Positions 51,959-64,000 of a stretch of DNA of 64,000 bases are shown piece by piece. Below the pieces are notes generated by a model that searched no databases, was not told where the DNA came from, and saw only the letters and a program-made list of their open reading frames with translations. Position 1 is the first letter of the stretch, and every line of letters starts with the position of its first letter. Source of the stretch: Balanoglossus misakiensis. Lineage: Eukaryota; Animalia; Hemichordata. The position numbers were made by a program, and so were the translations under genes. Location: the NCBI GenBank assembly GCA_040954595.2, contig CM082576.2, positions 15,007,129 to 15,071,128 on the forward strand, given 5' to 3'.

Positions 51959-52243
51959 AGGGGAAATTCAGCAAGGCTGGTTTTTACATAAGTGTTAGCT
52001 TTGGGTTCGGTTTATAAACAGCCATTTTCGTGCGAGTTTTTACAAAAATATTGGCGGAAGTTGTATTCTAAGGCCTCATCCACTTAATGTACTAGTATTT
52101 TGAATCATGGGAAAAAGCTCCAAGCCTGGCCGGGACTATTTTCTGATTGGCATCATTGAATACTACGGCCATTGTTTATACACACAGCCCGGTGTGAATG
52201 TGAGCGAGTTAAACAATGCCATCCGCCTAGCCGAAATTCCCCT
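51959..52243. mobile_element. Kolobok-like MITE
   Basis: TTAA|AGGGGAAATT...AATTCCCCT|TTAA. Confidence 0.65.
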
Positions 52244-52963
52244 TTAAAGTTTGCAAAGGGATCTTTACAAAAGTGGCTTGATATAAAAAGCCACCCTCTT
52301 ATTGCTTTGTAGTTGCAAAACACATCCAGCACAGTTGGCATTGCAGAACTATCATGGATTGGAACCATCAGTTAATTTTGGTCAGACATGGAGCATCGTT
52401 TCAACTCTAATACACCATCAGGTTCAAACTGAGAATGATAATGAATACTGGCAGTAGTACTTTGAGCGAAAGAACCACAGTACCATAAGCATAGTCACTT
52501 AGCTATTGCATAGATTGTTGTTTCAGCTCAAGTGATCTCCTATAAAGTGTTTTGAATAAGAACTATTTCCCATTCATACATACCTGAGTTCAGCTGCATC
52601 ATTTCACAATGACTCAATTTAATACTCAAAATACAACATATAAAGGGCCACTCTCTGTAACTTCAGGATAGTTTTTCAGTATTTTTGATTTGTGTATCAA
52701 ACACATTTTCTTGTTCACCTCCCTATCGTTACCCTTCTTGCCCAGATCTCTGCTTTTCAACAAGTCATGCGTATGTGTACAAATGTATTCAAGTCCGAAC
52801 TTGAAAACAATTTTCAAACAATAACAATGCTGATTATGCAACTCATAGGCTAGGTTGAAAAGATTAACACTGCGTTTAACCATGTCTCGGGGCACCAAAC
52901 AAGAAACTATGGTTGATACACAGAATAAAAATACTGAAAAAAATTGCCAAAACTTACAGTTAA

Positions 52964-53302
52964 CCCTATTGCTACCGGGTGTCATAACCCGTTAGAGTCT
53001 CGAGTCCATATAGATACGTATCATCACTGGAATACGTATTTAGACAGTGTTGGTTTCTTTGATTAGCTGCCATGTGTGTATTTAGACAGGGTCGTTTGCC
53101 TCAATCTAGCTGTATCCACTGTTTATGATCATCTTGGCCTGATCAAATTACCCAGCAGAGGCGGTTTAGTATGTACTCAGCTGTTCAAATATTTGACATT
53201 ACACAGTCTGATACCAATTCATTTCTCCACAGTCAAGTATGCCCCGGATTCTAGGGGGGTAGGAAAATAACTACGTTTCCTACTGACTTGGCACTGTTAG
53301 GG
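52964..53302. mobile_element. piggyBac-like MITE
   Basis: TTAA|CCCTA...TAGGG|TTAA termini. Confidence 0.55.
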
Positions 53303-53488
53303 TTAATGGAGCTTTAATGAAGACTACGAGACAGGAAGGATGTTAGACTGCCTGTCTCCATCTAAATGATCATAATTTTCTTCATATATCATATACACCA
53401 TTTTGGACATCTCTTTTAAGACAAAAAAGTTCTATTTACAAAGAAGTGAAATTCAGATCTGCATCACCGCACAATGTTTATCATTAAA

Positions 53489-56400
53489 TTACAACGTTTT
53501 CCTTTTACTTCGTCTGGCTTCGTCATCAGTGGCGTCTCTCTTCACTTTGATGTCAATGCTCAGTTCTTTCATCTTCTTTTCCATGAAAGCCGAGAGGCGC
53601 GTTCCGGCTTTGTATTCTTGAGAGGAGGGCTGGTTGTACTGCTCACAGTTGGCGAAGACCAGCTTGGCGTCGGCTATGATCTCGGCCGGGTTCTCGTATT
53701 CCAGTTTGTTCATTTTGGCTCTCATGGTACGCAGGTCCATGGGTCTTTTGATCAGCACGTGGTAGTCTGGTGCCTGTGTGTTAATTGTGCGAAATCAAAT
53801 GTTATATGAAGTCATCTCTGTAATGCATGGTAATACTGTAAAACAGGAAATATTCATGCAAGATAAATTTTCGCCAACTTGGTGAGAGCGTAATGAAATA
53901 CGAGAATGCGAAAAATAATCGTCGCGTAACAGTTGCCTCTTTTTATATTGCGAAAAAATTTCCTGTCACGAAAATTTCCTGTTCTACAGTATCCCAGTTT
54001 AGGATCTCGGGGACAAACTAACAAATACATTGGACTGGATTGAACCAATGCATGTCTGCTGTATCATAGAATAAAACTGTTACACAGATACCAAATCTGT
54101 CCTTCCGTGTGCAAATGCATTACACTTTACAGGTCTTTGATTGTTCATAAAGAGTAACTTACCAACTTTTTGCTGACTGGCTGCAGAAATGGCCACGCAT
54201 CCTTGTGTTTGGTGAGATCTCCTAGAAGCTGTTCACAGGATTTCATCTGACGAGCCCATTCACTCCCCCGGGACGACCTGCCAACTTTGCTTCGGTGTGC
54301 AGAGTCTGATGGGGAAAGAAAACAACAAATTCATGTCAATGTCACATAAAATACAGCATAAATATATAACACATACAAAATGAAACGAGTCCAAGCATGC
54401 GTGAATAATTACTGCCTGGGGCCATATTGGATTGTATTGCAAATACAAGCGTATGTCCACATATGTATGTCTTGTTTGAAAGAATTGGTTCAAGTATGTC
54501 TTGTCTGACAAATGGTAGTGGACATGAAAAATTTCATTACAAAATGTACACATGACTCTAAACAAACAGGTGTACACACTCACTCAGCCAGGATGAGCCC
54601 AATGCATTAGCACCTCTGGATAATATCCATGGAGATGCAAGAGAATATCACTTTGAAGACCTCTCAGCTGAAAATAATTTTTCTAGATCCATACATTGTT
54701 TTCTTATCAAAAATTAAATACAAACCTTCTGATGAATCTCTCCTGGCTTTCTTGCTTTGACTTCTTGACAGCGGTGGAGACAGAGAACCGTCTGACGCTG
54801 TTTGACTTTGACTTTGACTTCTCTTGGTTGCTCTGGTCGTTCTCTCTCGGCCTCTACTTTGTCTGTCACTAGTTTTGCTGGCGACGGATGCTTTCTCAGT
54901 CGGCTTTGATTTGGGAGTGTTCCTGGTTGACCGACTACTTCCACGGGGGGACATTCTTGTTTCTTCTTGTTCAGAATCTGCAATTTGTTTGGAAGTCTTG
55001 GATCTGGACGACGATGATGGCCTCTCTTGGCTGCGGTTTCGCGTCTTACTGCTACTGCTCACCGAACTTGGAGTCGACCGCCCAGATTTGGTTTTGGATA
55101 GTCCTGAAATTAAAACAAAACGTAATAAAGTTTACACGTGCAATGTACATGAAAGCTATGGGATAAGTAAACTCACCAAAATCCATATTTACATCAGAAC
55201 TTTCTAGAGTTTCCAGAAGTATACTTTTCCAGGTTGGGGGGGGGGGGGAGATTTCCCTTCAGTGTCATACAGATCAGACACCATGAAGAAAGACTCAACT
55301 TTCTTACAATCAACTCTGAACTCCTCATAGCAATTAAGTTCCTATATTCAAATTCCTTACAATATTTTGCCTTGGCTAACCCAAAATGTGTATTCGTCAC
55401 AAACACAAGAGACATAATTACCTTTTACTTTGATGCTAGCTTTCTTCGGGGCCTGCTGCTCTGTGCACACCTGGCAAACCCATTGCCCAGATGGTATTTT
55501 CTTCATGGGCGGAGATGCACATCTCAGGTGATATGCTAATGGGCAGTTGTCACAGAGAATAAGTTGGCCTTCGCAACCACACTTTGCGCACACGTCAATG
55601 TGACTGTCCTCCTCGTCTTTATCACTTTCTTCACTGGCTGATGAACTGCAATTGACAGGAATACCATATGAAATCAAGAGCACCAACTTTGGAATTTTGA
55701 ATCGTAGCACTTCACAACCTGAAGGCTGCATGAAAATGTGTTGACATCGTCCAAATACCAAGTTGGTTTCAGACATGCAAAATTCATAGCAACGTGGTGA
55801 CTCGGCGGCCGTACTGGATCATATCGCAAAACAAACTGACAAGCATAAATATACCGTATCACATTGTTTTTATACAAGGTGGAATGAAATCAGTTGAAGC
55901 ATGTTCAGATGGGTGCACAGACGAACAGAGGTTTGGTCATATTATTGTATAGATGGAATAAATCATTGTACCTGGCATCAGAATCTGATTCCTCCTCCTC
56001 CTCGTCATCATCTTCATCAGAATCGCTCTCGTCCGCATCTTCTTCATCAGATTCTGATTCCTCATCGTCTTCAGATTCCTCTTCATCTTCAGATTCCTCA
56101 CTTTCATCCAAGACCGACTTCCTTCTCCTTCTCTGACTCTGTCTAGCTTGTTTTGGTTTGCAATCAACGCAGAACCAGTCACCGGCCGGGATCACCTGAA
56201 ATTCACATCAATATGTAATGAATAATGACTGTTTATACATTGTTTTCCAAATACTGCTATATGGCTGTAGATAATATACTCAATGTCAAATAAAGAATAA
56301 TTCAATTTTCAAGATGTATAAATTGCTGACCTGACAAATCACCTAGATATAATTTTTTAAAAGTTAAATTTCAAACTTCTCAAAACAACAGTTAAGCTTT

Positions 56401-59400
56401 CTGTCAACAACAACAACTTGAACAACAAAAATGGGATAAAACTTTAGATCTATTCTTTGTGAAAGAGTTTTTCTGAGAAAGGCTTGGTATGGTTATGAAA
56501 AAAACTCTTTAGCTATAAACCCAGCCTCCTACCCCTATAAACTAGACAGAGACCATAAAATATCACTGGATGTAGAATTAACCCTAACTTCTTTAATATT
56601 CCCGAACTGTAATAACTTGTAGTGTACAAGTTGCTGGATGGTAAATTTTACCTTGACTTGAGGTTTCAGACAGTACATATGATGTCCCCTGTCACAGCCA
56701 TCACACAGGAGCATACGCTCAGCGTCCCCTTTGCGGCGACAAATTCTACAGCGAGCGTTGAGAATGGACTTTGACCACATCACGGATGCTTCCAACGTTG
56801 CCATGTGCAGGAAGACTTGCGGCAGACTGGTTGAGGACATCAGAGATTCTTCCCAACGTTCAAACACTCTCTTCTCTGGCTTGGATGGTTCTCTTTCTTC
56901 ATCTGGAAAGTATTTTTTTTTAGAATTGTTACAAACAATGACACCAGCAGAGTACACACGGACCTATGGGGGAGACTTCATCATTGAAGGGGGGGGGGGG
57001 GGGGGGGGGGGGTTCAGAAAAATGCAAGTCCATGAAAAGTTTTCATTCCTCTCCTTTACTGAAGTTTGTAAAAAACCACTGAACCATTGAATAAAGTTTC
57101 TGTGATAAAATTTCATATTTTGAGGAGTACCCATCATAAAGTCAAAACAAAGTCGGCACAAATTGTGGAAACATACACCTAGTATATAAAGAGTTATTTA
57201 GTCTACATGTAACTCCAGCACCCAGAAATGGTTTCCAAGGTGATGGATCTCAATTCAGAAATTGACAAACCTGATGATGACTCATCTTCATTGCTGTCGT
57301 CATCTTCTCCCTCTTTTTTCTTTTGCTCTTTCCTGGCGGCCATCATTGCTTGAAACTGTCTCATTGCCGCTTCTTGTGAAGCTCTCTGCTTGGCTTTCTT
57401 TGATGTCTCATCTTCACCTGCAATCACAAAAATTCGGCTTCATAAACACAAGGGTGAATCACAGAAATTTCTAGAGTTCACTGGATTCTGGCTATCTTAA
57501 ATAGGTTTTTATGCTAGGGGTCAAATCACATTATAATAATCGCATTCTGGGCCAAAGGTTGACAACTCACTGTAAATGTAGTAAGTTTGAAGAAATAATA
57601 TGTAAAATGCATTTCATTAACTAACTTCGGGCAAAAATTTCTGTCTTTGTAGTTAGCATATTAAACTCACTAAACTTTTTTCACATTTTGTGATTTTTTT
57701 CTGTTCAAAGTTCTAGAATGCTCAAATATCACTTTTGCTTATGAACATCCATTTCTCAAACATGGCAAAAATCGGCCATCTTGAAATTGTGTCGACCATA
57801 TAAAATTTTCATCACTCATTGAGTTTCCAAAATTCACTCATAAAAACAAACTGGTGTTTCAGATAGGTAGGAAGGGAGGGGTGGGAAGAGAGAGGGTGAT
57901 GGAGACCGTAAATTTTAAGCAAAATCTTGATTCTATCTGAAGAAATGTAAAATTCTGAGAGACATTTTGGTCCCCAAAAATAACCTCCTCTACCATCTTC
58001 CCATAATTGATAGCACTTACCAAGTGGTGGTTTCAAATACTTGGGTTCCACACCCTGTCCAATTTGCAGTACAGCACAAGCTAAATCTCGCACAACTTGA
58101 TCGATTGGATTGGGTGTACTACATCTTGTTGATCCACTACTCGACCCAAGTGGTGTTTCAGATCTCTTCAATTCAGATACCCTTTGTGAAAACAAAAACA
58201 TTTTGTTATTTATCAAGATGGAAAGAGTGCAATGACACTGTATCTCTCACAGTTGGATGTCCATTGGTGTTTACTGTGTAGACATTAAACATGCCATTAT
58301 TCATAAATGTATCCCTATCTACAGAACAAAAGTCTCACTACCTGCAAACCCTATTGCTTTCACCCACATACGCTTATGTGGGGGAACCGGTTTGGATAAT
58401 ACATTGTAGACATCCAGCAACAGCAGAAGCCTAGTTTCATCTTTAAATTGGATAAGCTGGACCTGCTTGACTTTGTGTACAATTTTTTACAGGCAGGCCA
58501 AAGGAAATAAAACACCACCATTATTTTCCATACATTGTCTATTTGCTTTTAGATATCATAAGTTAGACTGACAATCTGCCCACTGTATCAAGCCAGACAC
58601 AATGATGCATTCTGCATTTACACAATCATTCACTTTATGCATTACCTGTCTTTATGTTTCACAGGCAGAGTCTGTTGTTCACCTCCCACAGACACATCGT
58701 TGATACACATGTCCATTGCTTCATCAGCCATGTCCTTGTCATCCAGTTTGTGTCTCTGCCACCACGGCCCCCAGCTGATCTCTTTGCACTGCATGTCAAA
58801 ACTTCCATTCTCAATAGCTTTGATCCACATGCCTCTGTCTTCAGCCTGTAGACATTTCACATTGCATGCATCAGATGCCATGTATGAACAAAGCCACTCA
58901 GTTTAATTAAAAGGCCGACAATTTTCTTAATCCGCATGTGCGTAACTCCGTGTGTACAAACATCATGTCCAATCCAAATGTTCTGTAAATTTTGTGTTTT
59001 ACACGTTCAGATAGTGGACTGCCTTCGCTTCCTTCCATATTTCATGCGCACAGTAGAAGTACATGTAGACTTTAGTTTTGTCCTTTTTTTCACCCAATTT
59101 GCTGTCTTTTCCCAATCTCTGACACAAACTCACAAACTATCGCCACCACCATCTTGTCTGTTGTTACGATAGCACACTGCCTTACATGTAGAGCATTGAC
59201 TTTATACAATTTTTGTAACCAGAGTTTCTGGTTTCGCACGTGCGCATAAGACAATCGTTGCCCTTTACAATAATCTCTGTGACAGATCTACTCTTCAGAT
59301 TGTTGAGCTGGAAAGACCCTTAAGTCCTCAAGCTCATTTTTGTCTATGACAGGAACTCTATCGGATTATAAATTTTGAGGTGGCTGTAAATATTATTGAG

Positions 59401-62400
59401 GCTTTTTAAATGTAAAACTACAGAATCCCACATTAAAACTTGATGCAACAGTAATTCTTGCCAAAGAAAACAAAATCAGAAAAAAAATTCAGAAATATCT
59501 GAGATATCTAAATACCTTGACATATCCTAAAGATCCTGTGTATATGCGTTCTTCCAGATCCAGTATCTGTTCACGTAAAGTTAATTCCAGAGTTTCTGAG
59601 CCAGGTGACGAATCCAAGTGTCCATCGGACACTAATCCAGTTTTATTCCCACCCAGTTTCACCATCACCTGCTTTGGTTTGTCCGGCTTATAGTCGGCTG
59701 ACTCCGGTTCAGATTTGCTCTGATGCAACAATTCCAGCGGGCATTCTCTCACAGAGTCTACGAGTCCTTGTTTGTCTTGCAAGATGGCCTCCTTGAGGGC
59801 GCCTTCGCGGCAACCTCTGGGGTTCAGCGTGTTCGTCAGCCTTTCGATGTCCTCCGTGGTCTTGAAGAATGCCCAGGTGTAGTGTTCCCTCGTCAACATG
59901 CAAGGGTCGTAATTTTCAAAGTTAGTTTTGGAGTCTGTTTGCTCTGTTATGGCAGACTGACTGGCGCCGTTGTTCTCGTTGAGAACAGTCTTGGCCTCGT
60001 GGCCGTTCCCACCATCGTCCTGCATCTCCACGTCATTGTCCAGATTTTCTTTATTGCTGGCCGTGGACGTGTCGCAGTCGATGCTGTCGTCGGCTTTGCT
60101 GTTATCGCCGACGCCGGTTTTGTTTCCCTGAGTAGAGTTATAAGGTAGAAATGGATTGGACTCCAAGTTCTGAGGTACGGGCACCAGGTCGGATTTGTCC
60201 AAGTATTCCATGTCGTATTCCACGAACAATCCGGGAATGCTGCGGAATCTCCAGAAGCGCCGATAACTCCTATCCAGACCCACTGGGGTCAGACTGTACT
60301 TGCTGCACATGTCAATCATCTGTTCGTGCAGCTCTCTGTCTTTCTTCCGGAATTCTTCCTTCTTCCGGGCCTCCTCCGCTTGTTGTTTCCGCCGTAACTC
60401 TTGTTTTTCTTCCTGACTCGCATTCTCACTATGTTCCTGACTTTCTTCCGTTTCCATTTTCTCGGGATCAGTTTCTTTATCCATCTTCCTCGTTTTTCGC
60501 CTTGGCAACTCATCTTCCTCGTCGCTCTCTTCATTTTTCCTCTTGGACGATTCCTCTGCATTCCTGTTTAAGAAAAACGAATATGAGTCCAGTTTCTAAT
60601 CGGGCTGCTATAAGTGGATGGTAAATGAAAGATACATAACAGCTATTATACTGTTCAAGATATCCACAATCAATGTGTGAGCACTGAGTCTTCTTGAGAC
60701 TAAATCCAAAGTATTGGACTAATATTCACTTGAAAATTTCACTTACTTTTCACCAACTTTTGATCCCTTCTCGTGCTCATCTTTTCGTAGCCTTTCTTCT
60801 TTTTCTTTCTGCTTCTGAAGTTTTCGTTCTTTTTCTTTCTCCTTTTCTTTGGCCCGTTCTTCTAGTCTTTGTTTGTACCTGTTGGAGTTGAAACATTTTT
60901 TGTGAGTCCTCTGACGCTCTCCAAAAATGACTGATTACAGATTCTTAACTGTAAAGCTCATCTACCAGCTTGAACATTAACCTAAACGCTGCTAAGTCGG
61001 TTAAAACTGGTTTGATTTCCAGGGTGCCTAGAATCCTGGCTCCCAGGCCCGTTAGACTGCCAAGTGTGTGTTAATCAGTAGGGCCTATACAAGACTCTCA
61101 GACCAATACAGTGCAAACCAGTGCGATTTGGTACATTTTACAGGGGGCTCAGACTGCCAAGTGTGTCTAAGTACAAATGAGAGCCATTTCAAGACGGTCA
61201 AAATATGTTTTAGAAGAAAAAGTGGCAAAACTTATTCTGACCTTGCAGAAGCCTCCTCCCTTTCTCGTTTCTGTTCCATTGCTTGGTTTTCCTTCCATTC
61301 TTTTCTTAAAGCTCTCCACTTGTCAAAGTTATCTTCAATGAAATCTCTAGAAGTCACATACGTCATCAGCTGACCACAAAGTGCTGTCAAAATCTTTAAT
61401 TTCTCAGCTGTAAACAAAAATACGGAACATATTACTAAGTTACTCTCGTCCAAGAGGAATTAAACGGCCATGTTGGAAAGTAGACTGGAAAATCCGTCGC
61501 TAGAGGGCGCTCACTGTGCTGCCCATCTTATGTCACAGAGAGATGGAAAGAATACAGTCACACATAAGAACAAATGTGAAAGAAGCAAATATTAGAAATT
61601 CCGACATACCACTGGTGAGATCATAGATGTTTCCTGTTGTGAGAGTTCTGAGAATTCCTGCTTCGCGCATGCGGAATTCCAAGCCCGCGTCGTCTAGGGG
61701 GGTGTAACCACCTCTTTGCTGGTAACGATATTTGGCATCAGCCGAGTTGGTTTTCGCGCCAGATGCCAGGAAATGCAGTCGGAGCACTTCAGAAATGGAG
61801 TAAGAGTCTAGAGGTAGCTGTCTCATTGTTGTGCCTGTGTGTAGAAGGAATGCATGTCATCTACATTTGTAAACACATCTGTACATCACAAAACACCCAC
61901 GTTTAATTCCCTTGGTTCAGTCCAAACCCATTGTCTTCTACGCTAAGGTTGGACCTCTAAAGAGGAAACTGGGGTGAAAGGGTTAACATTTTTCAATGGC
62001 AGGTGGTGACATTTCTTACCTTGATGCAACTGCGGCCATGCTGCAGCCACGGTTGCTGCTGTTGTTACTGCAGTAAATGTAGAATCCATGTCTTCATCAA
62101 GAGCTTCTATCAAATCTGGTGCTATGAGAACAGACAAAAACATTTACGTCAGTACAAATTTACCCCAAAAATATAAAACAGAAACCACTGTGCTACATCT
62201 CATCTGTAGTCTGTGCTATGTTTGGTCAAATTATTGATTTAGTCTCATTGGATTTTCTCATGCACTCTAAACTCTATAGTGTATCAAACATGGAACTCTC
62301 ATCAAACCTGAAATGTCAGCGAGATAAACACATGTGCTTCAAGAAAAAAATATCATCAATAAGACCTGGCTGACATTTGTTTGCTTACCTGTTGCTAAAT

Positions 62401-64000
62401 CGACTCCTTGTTCCTTCAAATCAATCTTCTCGTCCTCTTCCTCTTCTTGTTGCATTGTGAAGATGGCAGACAAGAAAAACTTGACCAGTTCATACAATGC
62501 TCCTTCAATCTCGATCTCAGTCAGGGCTCTCTCTACGTACTCTAAATTGAAATGGAGAAAAATGATAACATGCCATGAAAACAGGAATCTTTCTAGTGTT
62601 GTTTTCAATGAGTGGCTGTGGTCAGTGTTCTCCCCAGAGCAATTAAACGCATGGTGGCCACCACTCTTTAATTTTGAGAAGACAATAGAACTTAATTAAC
62701 ATAACAATTGATTATATTGTTATGTAAATTAGCTGCAACACTTTCCCAAAATCCTGGGGAGAACACTGGGTCATGTACAACGTTCAGAATCTCGTCAACG
62801 ATACTGTAGCAGTTGATGATCGTGGCTGTAAGATGTGGTGACAAAAGTACTGTGTCGCAAAATGCTTATGAAGCACATGGCTTTGCAATTTGCTGTACTA
62901 CATATTTTTCATAACAATTCTGGAGGAATCAAATGACAGGCTGATTCTTTGACACCACCTTAAAACTGAAAAAATATTTTTTTTGTTTATGAAGTCAAAA
63001 TTCTTACCTAGAGTGATACCATCTGGAAAACTATCCTTAGTTCCGAGTAAGTCGGCAAAGACGTACAAGAATTCTAAAATCATGACCACATCACCGAACA
63101 ACTCATTTGGTAATTTGGTCTGAACTGGTATAGGGGTTGGTAACTCCTGAAAAAGATGATAATTAAATGTTTCTACATGAGATGACATAAAATTTGTCAG
63201 GTAAAAGTGATTACTCTGAATAACATCTTAAATGAGAATGTACATCTAGTGGTAGATATGCTAATCATTTGATTATAATCGTTAACTTGAAACAAGGGGA
63301 CAATTGTCCATCTCTGTAATGTTCGATTGATTTTAAAAAAAAATATACACTCGTTTCTTGCGTCAAATATTTGCTAATGCTACACAAACTTTACAGGACT
63401 ACATCTGCAATAAACAATTACACCAATATGATACATTTCCTTTTCATAGTGTATTTCGTGATGAAGTTTGATCCCAAGTTGAGATGACACTGCCAATTTT
63501 CTTACCTTGAGATCATCGCATTCCAGATCATCTCTGATTTTGCTCCATTCTTTCAAATGTTCTTCTCTAACTCGTCGTTCTTCTTTCTTCTTCTCTTTTT
63601 CCTGTTAACCAATAAAATACATCTATTTTGCTTTTTGTGCCAAAATGCGCAACTTGCTAAAGATACAACACTATGACTGCATTAAAAGACATCAAGCAAT
63701 TTTACAAAAAAATTATTGCTAATTTGCACATGTTTCTCTGTCACTCTTTTTTTCTCAAAAATGTGAGAAAATTCAGTACACAGCTAGTTAGATTTTAACA
63801 TGAGATCAGATTTTAGAAACACCCCAATTTTAACCGATCTTCAACTGCTGAAAGGGGTGGATGGGAGTTAAAATGGAATGAATTTAAAATATATAAAACA
63901 GACACCTCTGTAAACAAGAGAATTATTTGGTGCCTGGCATGTCTTTCTTACCACTTCTCGCTCCAGTTTCTTTTTAATTCTCTCTTCTTCTTTTTCTTTT
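53489..64000 (-). CDS. BAZ1A: Bromodomain adjacent to zinc finger 1A (ACF1), 5'-truncated by the window edge; spliced
   Basis: Exons (minus): 63952->64000, 63506-63601, 63008-63146, 62389-62541, 62020-62121, 61610-61834, 61242-61407, 60747-60878, 59516-60563, 58646-58845, 58021-58181, 57271-57417, 56652-56902, 55972-56195, 55422-55645, 54726-55103, 54163-54305, 53489-53773. DDT (FGDVVMILEFL), SEVLRLHFLASGA...RYQQRGG, WHIM/WSD (PVGLDRSYRRFW; LNPRGCREGALK), PHD (WSKSILNARCRICRRKGDAERMLLCDGCDRGHH), second PHD and C-terminal bromodomain. Confidence 0.95.
53836..53989. mobile_element. Tc2/pogo-like MITE in the last BAZ1A intron
   Basis: TA|CTGTAAAACAGGAAAT...ATTTCCTGTTCTACAG|TA. Confidence 0.7.
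62623..62768. mobile_element. Short TIR element (CAGTGTTCTCCCCAG family), intact
   Basis: Perfect 15-bp TIRs CAGTGTTCTCCCCAG / CTGGGGAGAACACTG; homologue at 6929-7075. Confidence 0.8.

Noticed and set aside
54824-60624. Long plus-strand ORFs opposite BAZ1A exons
   Set aside because: They are antisense frames of low-complexity, charged coding exons.

Overview
AT-rich, intron-containing animal genomic DNA, probably from a marine invertebrate (taxon not determinable from sequence alone). The bacterial-style ORF track mostly captures single exons or noise, so gene models were rebuilt by hand from splice sites. Gene order: 3' end of a probable Mab-21/cGAS-like gene (+); 2-aminoethylphosphonate (AEP) transaminase copy 1 (phnW-like, -, canonical motifs); a repeat-rich spacer; a divergent fructosamine/ketosamine-3-kinase (+); AEP transaminase copy 2 (-, altered active site, mitochondrial-type presequence) head-to-head with PSMA3 (+); two serine palmitoyltransferase small-subunit paralogues (-), both with U12 introns, one absent from the ORF track; TBP (+); ATG14 (+); BAZ1A/ACF1 (-, 5' end beyond the window). 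Many MITEs are present (Kolobok-like TTAA, Tc2/pogo-like TA, AcademH-like with 9-10 bp TSD, piggyBac-like, hairpin elements). Best lead: duplicated, diverged AEP transaminases, an FN3K-fold kinase with a remodelled substrate site and an SPTSS paralogue with altered chain-length residues, all within 35 kb. This is a candidate, unproven phosphono-sphingolipid locus in a block apparently syntenic with human chr14.
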